NCBI RefSeq assembly: GCF_006345805.1
Contig: NC_043012.1
Span: 14,136,001 to 14,200,000, forward strand
Length of the DNA: 64,000 nt
Origin: Octopus sinensis
Lineage: Eukaryota
Direction: 5' to 3'
A model generated the notes under the pieces. The model made no database searches. It had not been told where the DNA came from and saw only the letters and a list, made by a program, of their open reading frames with translations. Position 1 is the stretch's first letter. Every line of letters starts with the position of its first letter. Of this stretch, positions 26,608 to 40,590 are shown in pieces. The position numbers and the translations under genes were made by a program.

Positions 26608-27751
26608 AACAACAATGATGACACTTTGAGAAGTGTCTTATACTAAATGCTTTATTCATAACCCTTGTTAAATTTGTTTCCTCATCGAAGCAATGTTTTC
26701 CTTTTTGGGGGACTTATTTTAAATCCATCAACATTTTTCTATGTGCACGTCTAAACATTTGTTTGAGGAAAATATAATAACGTATGAGTGCATCTTGACT
26801 GAACCCGGTCTTCAAATAAAACACACGAAGAGCTTAGAAACACTAAGTAGCTCTGAATTCTTTGAGGTCGGTACATCGTGTTGAACGGTTATCTATGTAA
26901 TAATCGTTAAATATGTTAGTTATATATTAAAAGATTTGGAAGTATATCCAGCTAAAATAGAAGTTCGATCGATCTTATTATACAATTCCAGTTTACAACA
27001 TACAAGCAAAAGGTTATGTGCGAAATTAGCTAGAAATTAAAGATGTATGGGTTAGATGAGTCGTGGAGATAAAAAAATTCTACGTCAATATCATCGAATT
27101 GCTGCCAAAGTTTTGGAACTGGTCCATGTAGTCGTATGAAAATTGAAAGCTAAATCAGTTTTATTTTTTGCGTCGTAAAATTGTTTCCACTAAATTCCTA
27201 TCATGCACAGGAATATTTTATTAACTCGCAGATATTTATAAAAGGTCATTCTAAATATATTTTCAAGAATTCAAAAATATAACCAAAGATGGGAAGATCA
27301 GCAGTGTGACCTTTGCCTATTTACGTCAAAAATTCCTATCCACATTGAGATGCTTATCTCCAGCAAATCAAAATTTGCCGCTAAACTAAATCCACTCCTT
27401 TTCTTATTCTTTCATTCTTACGTCTGTATAAGTTTTTCAAAAGTAGAATTCTCGTAAGAAAATATGCTGAATCGTATTTTGAAGGGTAGCAAGCTTACTT
27501 TGTTAGAGTGTTGTTGAGAATGTGTATTCTCATAAAATATGTACCATTATAAAGAAAGCTCTGTATAATTACTTCTAATTTAGGAACAAGATCAGTAAGT
27601 TTGATGAGGTGCTAGTCTATATTCTTCGACAGAGTACATACGTGTTATTTTCTTTTATCGACTCCAAACGGACCACAGGAAAATTAACCTCAGCAAATTT
27701 GAACTGTAAAATAACGAAGGAAATATTGCAATATCACGGATGCTTTTATAC

Positions 27752-27805
<54 letters not shown>

Positions 27806-28699
27806 TCTGGTATATCTACAAATTCTGTGAAACCACCATCCTCAGAGGGAATCGAATATAACAGAGTGGGCTTTATTAGTTCTCTTGAGAATATATTCAG
27901 TTTTAGCACTATCTCTAAATATTGACACGCGAGCAATATCAGCCACATAATGTCGACCAGAAGTTTTTCACTGTAAAGTACATTACACTTACTATTATAT
28001 TAGTCATTATGTAGTGACAAATTAATTCGAGATCTGGTCGCCATTGCGTTGCCTGTGGCGCCGTAATGGTGGACAGTCACCCCAATGGCGCCCAGAACGA
28101 GATCTGGTCACCATTGCGTTGCCTGTGGCGCAGTAGTGAAATGGGTCGTCTAGTAAGTAGTGCACTGGTTTTACTACAATCTGCAGTATAGAAATACTAT
28201 CAATTGTAATAACAACCTCTAAATAGCTCTTGTTTTAAATACCAATGCTGCCATCCCTGAAGACCACCTTATACTTAGAATATTTTAGATATGATCACAA
28301 AGTATAAAATTGAGGAAATATCGTTTACTGAAGTGTTCTGAACGATACTTATTGTCTTGATTTAGGAGAAATGGATGTTAGCGTATTTCCCAGCAGGACA
28401 TTCGCTCGGAACATATAATTTCAAAACTTAATTATATTTATCATTTAGTATGTCGCTTCGCTCTTACTCCTAACTTGCTAAGCAAACTCTCACCATTATA
28501 TACTAACATACAAATGTTATGTATCGTAAAGTGACAGTTCCGGAAAAGCAGCCAAGATATTTTGCTGCTGGAAATAGAGTACTTCAGAACATTCTCTGAA
28601 GGCAGTCTAATTCGTAATGATTCTAAGCGGAGTTTTCAAGCATGTCACTGTAAATTTCCTATCTCGCAGAAGTGTGGTAAATCTAAAAAGATATTTTTA

Positions 28700-29115
28700 G
28701 CACACTGGACGAAATACTTAGCGGCATTTCGTCCGTTCTTAAATTCTGATTTGAAATTCCGTCGAGGTCGACTTTGCCTTTCATCCTTTCGGGTCGATAA
28801 ATTAATTTCCAGTTGAGTACTGAGGTCGATGCAATCGACAATCCCCGTCCCCCAAATTTCAAGCCTTGTGCTTATAATAGGATTTATTATTATTGTTGTT
28901 GTTGTTGTTGTTATTAAGGCGGTGAGGTAGCAGAATCGCTAGCATGCCGTACGAAATGTTTAGCGGTATCGTCGCCCCTCTGAGTTCAAATTCCGTCGAG
29001 GCCGACTTTGCTCTTTCGGAATTCTTTCGGAATCGATAAATTAAGTATCAGCTGTAATCGATTAGTTCCCACTCCCAAAATATGATTTCAAACCTTGTGC
29101 CTATTGTAGATAGGA
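28700..29115 (+). mobile_element. Two tandem SINE family A copies (tail 2)
   Basis: Two bodies, each followed by a CCTTGTGC.TAT..TAG tail. Confidence 0.85.
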
Positions 29116-29128
29116 TTATTGTTATTAT

Positions 29129-30300
29129 TTTCGCTTTATCACAAGTTTTCTTGGAGCTCCTAGTGTCTTGCATGCGTAGCGGGCTTACTACCTGCAACCT
29201 ACAGTACTATGCTATTCTTTCTTTTCAACTAATACTATCTTGATTTTTCTGGCGGTGCCAAGGAGGCAAACCTTTTTTATAACAGTTCTTCTGGGCACTC
29301 TATTCCAGTTTCCTTTATATTCCCCTTGATGCCTTCTGATATTGTTCCCAAGAACCCAACAATAATTGGCACTATCTTCACCTTCTTCATTTTCCATAGC
29401 CGGGTTATTTCATACTTAAAATGGTTGTATGTATCTATATTTTCACCTTCCTTCTTGACTATTCGTAAGTCAATGAGGCATGCAACATCAACCATATAGC
29501 ATATGTAGTGCACCTTGTCGACCACCACTAGGTCCGGGCTATTATGCTCTAGCACCTGATCTGTTTGGATTGGGAAATCCCAAAGAATTTTGCTAGTCTC
29601 AGACTCAGCGACTCTCTGCTGTTTATGCTCATACCACGTCTTGCATCTCTCTAGCCTTTACTTTTCTCACAGTTTCCAGTGTAGTACTTTCGCTACCTGG
29701 TCGTGTCGCCACAATCTGTATTGGTCTGGAGCAAGTCTAGGACATTCTTTCCTGATATGGGCACCGGTTTCATTGACCGTATTGGAAATGTGGCATAGCA
29801 GCGACACTTGCTCATTCCTCAGGTTGATCCTCCAGTTCGTGGCCAGAGCTTGGTCCTGCGCTGCCAGGATATTGCACCCGATTTCTTTTTCTAAGGTTCC
29901 TTTCATCAGCCATTCTCATCAATCTTTTCCAGCAACTTCGGTTGTGGCTGCAAGAAACTAATTGTGGAGTCCCTTCTTGGGTAATTATTCTTCATATCCT
30001 TTTTGTATTTCCTCCTTTGTTTTCCCTTTTTCTCTGCTCTCAATATTCCCTCATTCCTAACTGACACTAGCAAGGTTTCCTTATATTGGCCTAGGTACTT
30101 CCTGAAGCTCTCGAGTTCGTTACGCACGCAGTCTTCCACACTTATCAGTCCTCTTCCTCCATTTGCTCGCTTCATGTATTGGCGATCAGAGTCTGCAAGT
30201 GGATAATGGGCTCCACGCTTCGTTTGGAGCTTTCTTGACTTCCTGTCTATCTCCTTTAACTCCTCCTCTGTCCACTTCATGATTGCAGCGCCTTACCGAA

Positions 30301-30301
<1 letters not shown>
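29129..30301 (-). mobile_element. 5'-truncated R4/Dong-clade LINE (post-RT region, CCHC/RHD, restriction-like endonuclease)
   Basis: ORFs: KWTEEELKEIDRK...DRQYMKRANGGRGLISVEDC; ETGAHIRKECP...RHDQVAKVLHWKL; HNSPDLVVVDK..C..VDVAC..KI VPIIVG.LGTI; LLGTARKI. The 5' junction abuts (TAA)n at 30302-30379. Confidence 0.93.
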
Positions 30302-30379
<78 letters not shown>

Positions 30380-30899
30380 TTGGAAAGCTATTAAATATTA
30401 CAGCCTATCACTACCACCGTATGTTATTGTAATATTGCTTGAGCCAAATTAAAATATTACGTACTATATTAAATTATAATGAAGCACTTTGAATAGCAAT
30501 CTTATATTAGAATGTTCGCTTTTTATTGTAATATGTTACAAATTCAATTACATTCAGGATGAACCCCGCATAACGAACTACTCTTTTAAAGTATAATATT
30601 AAAACAAGATCCATGTCGCGTATTAATTGAAACTGAGTTTACTTTTATTGATTTTTTTTTTGTCGATGAGTATTTGCTACTGAACAGAGCAACTCCTAAC
30701 TTGGAACGAAAACTCAGTATTGATTGAAATAAAAATGGAATTTTAATAACAACGCTTATCTCATCATTTTCCTGTCCTCTCCTGAAAACATCCACAATAC
30801 GAATTTATTATATTTTAATTAATGACGCAAGAAAAGCATTAATCAGATCCGGTAGATTTTAAGTATATTTTTGCTACTAAAATACAGTGTATGGGGAAT

Positions 30900-31590
30900 A
30901 TTATATTTCCGAAATACGACACATAACAGGTATTTTTTTGCAAACTTCAAAAACTTGTTTTGTTATAGGGATTAGTTCGTTGCTTGTTGTGTTATAATTA
31001 GTGCTTCTTCTGTTGTATGTGATGTGTGCAATATTGCCTGTGAAATTTTCTGAATTACGTTGTTTTAATTTAGTAAATGCGTATTGTACAGGATGTGTGT
31101 TATGTGTGATAAGTGTCATATTTGACGCATTGTGTTGAATTGATAATTTCTTGCTTAGGATACTGGCCATTCAGAGCTGAACAATTTTTTCGAGTATTTC
31201 GAGTCTTGGTGCAGTTTCTTTGTATATATTCATATATTTTATCATACCTACTACACTAGATATCATTGGTACTGTTTTCCCTTGTATGCCCACATCCTGA
31301 ATATTTCGATTTCAAAACCCTTGTATTTAGCCAGGTTTTCCACTTATAGAACATTAGTGTGGTCATAGAGGTTGTGATAGCTATCAGGGGACATGTGATC
31401 TGTTTCCCAATCCTTGACTATCATGCCTGGACAGTAGTCCCTGATTTCTTTGTCATTTTGGACAGGAATATCCCAGATGATCGTGGCACCTTCGTTGGGA
31501 TCTACCATATTTATATCATATCATGTCTCTGATCGCATGAAAGTTTTGGTATATTGCCTAGTGCGCATAGCTGCCAACCCGATCGTGCGT
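30900..31590 (-). mobile_element. Older R4-clade endonuclease and 3' fragment
   Basis: Manual translation: HDRVG, ATIIWDIPVQNDKEI, ENLAKYKGFEIEIFRMW, TVPM, ILSKKLSIQ. Confidence 0.7.
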
Positions 31591-31919
31591 GCACGTGTGT
31601 GTGGGGGGTGGGGGTGAGCGCGCATGTATTCAGATTTCGCGAAGACAAAAAAAAACAGACATACATTGTTGGTTGAACATTCTGTAATCAGAGTTACGAT
31701 GTTTTTATTACTTTATTTTTACAATTGTTTGTGATCAGACGCTGGATTTTTGCAGCGAGAACCAGTCCTTCCGGTCCTGCGTTTAAACCGGAGCTTTTGA
31801 GACAGTGGGGGATTTCACATTTACTTACCTCTCTGTGGGGACTGGCGAAGTATTCATTATGGAGATTCTTTTCTTTGAAATATTTTCTTTAGTAAATTCA
31901 CTAATTCGATAATCATGTT

Positions 31920-32130
31920 TTTTAGAGTGCTCAACTCATGATCGTACGATCATAAGTTCGATTACCAGCGCCGGTTGGGTCCTTGAGCAAGAAACTTTAT
32001 TTCATGTTGCTCCAGTCCAAGCACCTGGCAAAAATTACTTGTACTTGTAATTCAAAGGGCCATTATTGTCACAATGCGTTACGCTGAAACTTCTGAGAAC
32101 TTAGTCAAGGATATATGTGTCTGTGAAGTG
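31920..32130 (+). mobile_element. tRNA-derived SINE family D fragment
   Basis: AAGTTCGATT B-box, then CCTTGAGCAAGAAACTTTATTTCATGTTGCTCCAGTCC. Confidence 0.65.
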
Positions 32131-32509
32131 CACAGCTATATATATGTACCTAAATATATGTATGTATGCATGTATGTAAGTATATATGTATATACTTATG
32201 TGTGTATGTGTTTGTATCCCTTTAATTTAGCTGCTGAGCAGAAGAGACTGATAGAATAAGTCCAGGGGTCAATTTCTTCGACTAAAGGGTGGTGCTCCAG
32301 CATGACCACCGCCAAATGACTCAAATAATAAAAGAATACCAGAAAAACGTTCCGTAACACTAAACCAAGAGGGTTCTCTGAATTTCTACGATGTATTTTA
32401 AGGCTAAATCGTGATTTTGTTTACTTTTGCGTAACGGAAATATTTTGGTTGGATTCTACACTCATCGGTTTTACACTTCTTTCTATTTTCTGTAATTGTC
32501 GCAATATAC

Positions 32510-32903
32510 TTAGCTACTATAGGAGCAAGTCCTGATTTCTTTTTTTTTTTTGTGGGGGGGGGGCAGTCGATTATATCAAACCCAGTACGCAACTGGTAAT
32601 TAATTTATCGACCCTGAAAGGATGAAAGGCAAAGTCGACCCGGCAGAATTTGAACTCAGAATGTAGTGAGAGACGAAAATACCTATTTCTTTACTACCGA
32701 CAAGGGGCTAAACACAAAGAGGACAAACGGATTAAGTCGATTATATCGACCCCAGTGCGTAACTGGTACTTATTTAATCGATCCCGAAAGGATGAAAGGC
32801 AAAGTCGACCTCGGCGGAATATGAACGCAGAACGTAACGGCAGACGAAATACGGCTACGCATTTCACCCGGCGTGCTAACGTTTCTGCCAGCTCACCGCC
32901 TTT
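32510..32903 (-). mobile_element. SINE family A dimer (head-body-tail1-body-tail2)
   Basis: Junction AGACGAAAATACCTATTTCTTTAC at ~32671-32695. Confidence 0.88.
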
Positions 32904-32970
32904 AATTGTCACAATATAGAAACATTTCTCATAGCACTAGGATACAATTTACAGTTGTGCCTATAGTAGA

Positions 32971-33057
<87 letters not shown>

Positions 33058-33098
33058 GTTGTTGTTGTTGTTGTTGCTGTTGTTGTTGTTGTTATTGC

Positions 33099-33152
<54 letters not shown>

Positions 33153-34188
33153 TAGTATCATCATCATTATTATTATTGCCTTTGCACAGCTTCTAACGCT
33201 GGAGAAGTATTACAGTGTTAGCTGTTCACCACCAGTAAACAGCTTATTTTTCGAGCACCTTCTCGAGTATTCGAGCATATTGGTCAACCAGGCCTCGTAC
33301 AGTGTTTAGTATGTGGATTACTTTAATCTGAATTATTTATCACAGATCTTAACATAAATTTTACTTTGCAATTCAATTTCAAGCGGTAACGTTTCTTCCC
33401 AATTATTATTACAGCGAAAATGAAATTTGATGCTGCCATGTATTGACATTATCGGACTATATCACATAATTTATTTTGAACTCTAGAAATTACCTGTACT
33501 TTATATTTCTTTAAGTAAACACCGGTTGCTTTCTATACACACAAACATACACACACATACATAAACATGCATGTACATGTATATGTATATACATACACAA
33601 GCATATTTATATATATATATGTTTGTCTGTGTGTGTATTTAGAAATATATATTACGTTATACATTTATTTATGCATATATATGTATACATACGTATATAC
33701 ACATGTTAAAACTTACATATACATGTAAGCATGCGTGTAGGTAATGGTATATGGATGCTTCTGTTTCACTTTTATCTCTCTCTCTCTCTCTCAAGGGAAT
33801 AGACTTTCAATTGAAAAAGTTTTTTTGTTTAAAAATTGTATTCTGTCTTCTCTATTCAATCTTCCGACAAAATACATTTGTTACATACTAATATATGTGT
33901 ATGTATATAAGAGAGGGAAAGAGAGAGACAGAGAGTGAGAGAGAGAGAGACAGAGAGTGAGAGAGAGAGAGACAGAGAGTGAGAGAGAGAGACAGACAGG
34001 AAATCAATTGTGTGTTTGTGCATTTATATGCGTTTCTGACTTACGAATTAAATGTAGCTTTCCTTAATGTATATATGTGTATACATGTTCAAAATGCTGT
34101 ACATACAAGAATATAATTTGCTACATATACGAATATGTATATGTACACACACACATACATATATGTGTGTGTGTGTGCGTATGTATTG

Positions 34189-34220
<32 letters not shown>

Positions 34221-34228
34221 ATGTATTG

Positions 34229-34262
<34 letters not shown>

Positions 34263-34748
34263 TAATATATCTCTACCACGAACAATTCAGGCAAATGTTA
34301 AATATTTAATTTCTTATGAAAAATGCAAACACTATATATTTCGCAACCAATATCTAACATTTAAAGAAGTTTTAACACTTGAATAATAAATTTTTCAATT
34401 AAAAAAACAAACAAACAATGCTCTTCGTAGAATACGATATATAACAATATCAATAATATTGTATGAATGCTGGTTGTATGAAATATTTCTCCGATTCACT
34501 AGATAACACTATAATTGCTTCAAAATTATCTTTGGAATTTCATTTATAAGAATATTATTCCACAAAAATATAACTATATTATACGTTATCGATTCGGTAA
34601 GAAATATTATGTCTCACATTTAGAATGGAAGATACTTAAGATTTCTATAAATTCTCTTCCAGCGGAAATTGAAAAAGATTTACCTGTTTATTAGTCTCAG
34701 TATCTCACAGAGTTGCATTTCATTGTTTATTTGTTTTTTAATATGAAA

Positions 34749-35105
34749 TCTGTATATATATATAAAGCTGAACTTGTCTGTGTATGTCAGGTTTGCTAGC
34801 CTTCAACTAACACTATCTCCTCCGAGAACCTGCGGCGCAAGTTGACCAAAATTGAGAGTATGATAAAAGAAGGCTTGTTCTACCAACCGTAGCAGAAATT
34901 CAATTCGGACCATGTTAACACCAAAAATTATTTACATCAAAAAAGTGCTTTTTTTCTATGAAAATCCCTATTTTTTATGATTTTTAGTCTGCTGTATCGC
35001 CATTTTTCGATGTATTTCAACCAGAAAAATGTTCACTTAAAAAGAATAACAAGTTACATAATGCAAAATTTTTACTTTTGAAAAATTCAAATATCGCCGG
35101 GCTAG
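34749..35105 (+). mobile_element. Putative non-autonomous Helitron-like element
   Basis: A|TC..TATATATATAAAGCTGAA 5' end and a GC-rich ATCGCCGGG followed by CTAG at 35102-35105. The 3' hairpin is incomplete. Confidence 0.45.
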
Positions 35106-36252
35106 CTATGTATATAAGAGTGAACGCGCGCGCGTGTGTTTGTTTGTGAAACCGAGCTCATGCGAAACGGTGTTTGCTGTTATGTCATTGTTATCATTGT
35201 GTAGCCCCAATATTTGTCCATATTTGTTGTTATTCATCTCTAAGTCAGTCTTGATCAAGTGCATTTAAGATGAAACAGATTCCATCCGTCGCTATCCCAT
35301 TTTTTCCTAAGTTTGTGTTACCCATGGTCATATTATCCAGCATGCGCTTTCTTATGACGATTAGGTTTGATTTGAGGGAACGTCTAATAGATCAAGCAGA
35401 TAGTAGAATATTTGTGGTCTCATGGTGTGCATGAGTAGAGGCGCGTGGCTTAGTGGTTAAGGTGTCAGCATCATGATCGTAAGATTGTGGTTTCGATTCC
35501 TCAGTCGAGTTCCAGATTAGCTTTGCTATTTTTGCTGGTTATACTCGAGATTGCTCCAATCTGGCCAGCCCCAAGGAAAAACTAAGCTAAGAGCACTAGA
35601 TTCCTTGGAAGAAAGCAACGAAAGCATACGAAAACTAGGACAGAAAACAAAATGGGGAAATGGTACACAAATACAACTAACAGGACATTAACAACAGGTG
35701 TCTTTCGACTAAGGACGAATTATATTAAGTTGGCGTGTGTGGAAGTAAAGCCTTACGGCGGGGGCATATGATTTGATAGACACAGGGAAGAATGTAGATG
35801 TTGCACGGATGGTAGTCGAACTAAGAAAGAAAGGTCATCTTTATCATCATTACAAACATCAACATCATCATCAATATCATTATTGTTTCACCATGGTCGC
35901 CATCATAATTATAACTTTTTAAATTAGCGGCAAAACTACTAAATTCAACATTAACTACAAGTTGGCTTATGTTCTCTGCCAAACGCTTTATATTGGGACC
36001 GACTTTGATGACCCCACTGAACTTGTACCCAAACCCAAGTACACTATTATGTCACAATTACTTGCATCACTGTAATTCTATTTTATTTCTTTATATTATA
36101 TCATTTAACAAATATTTATTAGTTTTCATTACATTCGTTAATCATTGTGAGTGTATATTTAATTAATGCTTTGCTTAATATATTCTATTAATATGTTTCT
36201 CTGATTAATATCTTTATCATTATCGTCATCGTCCTCATCGTCGTCGTTGTCG

Positions 36253-36302
<50 letters not shown>

Positions 36303-37108
36303 GGTGGTGGTGGTAGTGGCGGTGGCGTTGTTGTAGCTGTTGTTGCTGTTGTTGTTGTTGTTGAAGGCAATGAGTAGGTAGAAACGTTATTGCACCGGAC
36401 AAAATTCTTAGCGACATTGCATCCGTCTTTGCGTTTTGTGTTCCAATGCTGCCGAGGTCGACTTAGGTTTTTATCTTTCTGGGGGTCGATCGAGAATTGT
36501 GGACGAGGATATTGACTATACCAAAATTTGTAAAAGGAATTGTTGATGTTGTTGTTGCTGTCTTCTCTCCGCTTTTTAGCCATTAGCCACAAAGAATAAT
36601 CTCTAATTCGAGCCTACTCTAAGCTACTAAGAATGCGTGTAGCAACTTGAAGATCCACCCACCACACGCGATAGACTGGCGGTTGCACGGGTGCGAAAGC
36701 TACGTTGTTATCCTGATTCCGTAAACAGTGGCATTTTAACGGGTGGAGAGCTGAACCATCCTGGGTTACAGAGGATTCTCAATCTAGACTAGGGTCTGAC
36801 AGTTTACCACACCATAGTGTGTTACACCATGGTTCCTCTGCTTTGTGGCAGAAGTAGGAAGAAAGAGTGAGAGAAGGTTGGGGTGAAAGAGTACACCGGA
36901 CTCCCCCTCCCCCACCGGAGCCACGTGGAGCGTTGTTGTTGTTGTCATCTTAAGATGGTTGGCAGGCAGGAACTTTAGCGAGTCTCACAATGTTTGGTGG
37001 TATTTCAATGGTATAAGTAAGGATGGAATTATGAACATGCACTGACGCAGACTTCGTCGCAAGTGGTGTGAATGTATACCTACGTTAACAGAAATGGGTG
37101 TGTGCTTT

Positions 37109-37140
<32 letters not shown>

Positions 37141-37145
<5 letters not shown>

Positions 37146-37933
37146 AAAGGGCTTAGTAAAATAAATTACTTTGCCGCATACTGAACTCATTAGAAATAGC
37201 AGCCAAAAAACTTTTTTAAAACTATTTCTAATACTTAAAGAAAATCTCTCTCATATATAGTGTTTGCTTAATTCAACTCACAAAAGTTTGGGGGTAAGGA
37301 CATCGAAAATCAAATGCTAAGGTTATTCGAGAACGTACGTTTCAAGATTAGTCAAAACAACATTTCTATCATCGGCTCAGAAATTCCTTGGTTTGGATTT
37401 GGAAACACTGAAAATAAGAACATACCTTTCGAAGATCTGCTTCCAACTAACAGTGCCAACAAATTCAAATAAGCAAGCGAAGAGTCTCTGTTCTCCCCTT
37501 TCCACCAGCGTGGGTTAAAATCATCAAACACTATGCTTATTTCGGTAAAATCCGAAGCATTAATTAGAGGGAGATTAATTATAATTTCAACAATTGAGGG
37601 CAAAATTAATTAATTATTAATCAATTTCACCAAGTGTTCAGTATGCAAAGGGACCATTCAAGGCGAATTCAAATTATTACATTATATAAAAGGGCTTAGT
37701 AAAATAAATTACTTTGCCGCATACTGAACTCATTAGAAATAGCAGCCAAAAAACTTTTTTAAAACTATTTCTAATACTTAAAGAAAATCTCTCTCATATA
37801 TAGTGTTTGCTTAATTCAACTCACAAAAGTTTGGGGGTAAGGACATCGAAAAATCAAATGCTAAGGTTATTCGAGAACGTACGTTTCAAGATTAGTCAAA
37901 ACAACATTTCTATCATCGGCTCAGAAATTCCTT
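37141..37933. repeat. ~250-bp direct repeat (37141-37389, 37684-37933) flanking a ~294-bp core
   Basis: ATATAAAAGGGCTTAGTAAAATAAATT...GGCTCAGAAATTCCTT is present twice and nearly identical. Confidence 0.93.
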
Positions 37934-38236
37934 ATGTAAGACGGAAGATGGAATATACGAGAGTTTATTATTAATCACGACAATTGTTTCGCCACATCTG
38001 GTATCGATCCCTCACGGGTGGGACACTCAGCAACTGGTTCAGGAACATCTGTCGGTGCAAATGTATCTCGTCGAGATAAATAAATAAATCTCTTCAAAAT
38101 AACAATTCTGCAATGTAACTTCTCGTTTTGCAGAAAGAAAAGCAACCAGACGGAGTAAATATCTTCATTTATATAGAAGATCAAAAGCAAAATCACAGAT
38201 GGCAAAAAGAGAAACGAACACGCAATCCAGTATACA

Positions 38237-38600
38237 GGCAGGAGTGGCTAAGTAGCTTGCTTACCAACCACATAGTTTCAGGTTCCGTCCCACTACGTGG
38301 CAACTTGGGCAAGTGTTTTCTGCTTTAGCCTCGGGCCGACCAAAGCTTTGTGAGTGGATTGGGTAGACGGAAACTGAAAGAAGCCCGTCGTATATATATA
38401 TATATACATACATATGAAATAGCAAGTGTAGCTGTATGGTAGATCGCTTGTTACCCAACCACATGTTTCCGGGTTCAGTTCCACTGAGTGGCACCATTGG
38501 GAAGTGCTTTCTACTATAACCTCGGTCTGACAAAAACCTTGTGAATGAATTTAGTAGACAGAAACTGAAAGCCTGCCATATATATATATATGGGTATGTG
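38237..38600 (+). mobile_element. Two tandem 5' halves of SINE family B
   Basis: Two heads, each ending at GAAACTGAAAG..GCC plus (TA)n. Confidence 0.85.
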
Positions 38601-39701
38601 TGTGTGTTTGTGTTTGTGAACATATTCATGTAGATAGGAAGGTAGGTAAGTAGGTATGTGTGTAGGTAGGTATGTAGGTAGGCAGGCAGACAGATAGATA
38701 TGTGAACATAAGTATATATATATATTCGTAAATGCAAGCAAATTTTATTTTTTACAGGCTTTGATGGATTTCTATTTGTTCATGAGTACACCATATGCTC
38801 ACTACAATATTATGACTGAAATTTAACCGCAGATTTTATGCTTTTATTTGACTATTTCAAATGTTGCTTTCATTTTTATCTTACACTAATATGAATTGCA
38901 CTTAAACTTCACTCCAATTGCATTGTAATAATACTTCCTATTATTGACAGAGGTCTGAACTTCTTTAGGGGTTTGGGGGGTGGGGTGGAATATGCAGAGT
39001 TTTAGTCGATTACATCAACTTCAGTATTTAACCGACCCATTTTTCACCCCCGAATGCATGAAAGGCAAAGTCGCCATCAATGCAATTAGAACTCACCAAA
39101 CTAAAGACGAGCAAAATGCCTTTAAGCATTTTCCCCGTATCGTAAACGATCCTACCAGCTTTCTACCGCAACTGTATTGTAATAATGGATAAAACAAGGG
39201 CAAAACAAACAACATTTTCCAAGTAAGATTGCCTCATCATTATTCTCTAGATTTTATGCGGTTTTCTACTCAAAATTTGTTGGTGAAATCAAAGTCACGA
39301 CAAATATATGACCTCCCGCCACATTCACGTCAGCCATGATGTCACAGTTCATTATTAGCCGTGTCCATGCAACATCGATTCTATAATGGTTTCCCTCGTT
39401 CAGTATGGCTTGCTAGTCTACATATATTAAGGGATTTGATAATAAGAAAAATAAGGCATGAAATCTATTTGATTGTTGCAGGCACCACTGTACGTGTAGA
39501 AAACGTTGATTTACTATAGGAATGAAGAATTATGATTTCTTATTTTTAAATGTAGATACCAATTGAACAGAGATTTGTTTTTAACATACATACTCTTATT
39601 AAAGAGGCAAGAAAGAACTACAAAAATATTTGTAGATTTTAGATTATAGTTGTGTACCCATAGTAATGAGCGAATATATTTATTGAAAATAAATGACAAG
39701 A

Positions 39702-39849
39702 TTCTGCTGTGTCTGGGGAGTTATTTTCTTTTTGTCCCTTATAATGTAACACACTCACCGGTAAAATTTCCACTTTTGGAAATTTTACCGTTGAGTGTGT
39801 TACATTATAAGGCACAAAAAGAAAATGACTCTCCCCAGACACAACAGAA
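39702..39849. repeat. 148-bp hairpin (71-bp arms, 4-nt loop), MITE-like
   Basis: TTCTG.TGTGTCTGGGGAG...GGTAAAATTTCCA-CTTT-TGGAAATTTTACC...CTCCCCAGACAC.ACAGAA. Confidence 0.93.
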
Positions 39850-40338
39850 TATGCTTCAACACACGACCTCATATAAAGAACCTTGCAAACCAAATCCAAA
39901 AACGAAATGACAACATATTTTATATAAATAGTAGGGCACTTTTATACACCAGCAGAAAACTAATCTACATATACATGTGCGTATTCTCCAACGGACGGAA
40001 TTCAATGCGATGTACAAAGATATTAAATTTATGAGTAAAAGGTAAACAGATATATGGGACAGATATTAACAATACATCAATCACATCGTTGCTAAACTTA
40101 TAGGCTTATTTTTGTAATCATCTTTGCTTAAACACCTGCTACTTGCACACAATTTCAACATCTGTATATCTTCTTTCCCAAATCATTTAATGAATCATAT
40201 GTACACAGAACACCATCATGTACACAAAATATTTTCCCGATATTATACACGAAGTTCTTGGTTTTAATGGTATTGTGAAAAGCCTGACTGAAGGCCCACA
40301 CTTCCGAGTTCTTTTACGGGGCATAAAGGACCACTGCC

Positions 40339-40369
<31 letters not shown>

Positions 40370-40386
40370 GCTATTATTATTATTAT

Positions 40387-40429
<43 letters not shown>

Positions 40430-40535
40430 ATTATTATTATTATTATTATTGTTATTATTATTGTTATTATTATTATTGTTATTATTATTATTGTTATTAT
40501 TATTATTATTATTATTATTGTTGTTGTTGTTGTTG

Positions 40536-40590
<55 letters not shown>

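Noticed and set aside
27586-27602. 11-nt AG..GTAAGT micro-exon candidate
   Set aside because: Not a multiple of 3 and has no supporting context.
37960-38030. Minus-strand GAAACAATTGTC followed by AATAAA, like the 3' half of a minimal hammerhead
   Set aside because: No CUGANGA core or matching stem I/II could be placed upstream.
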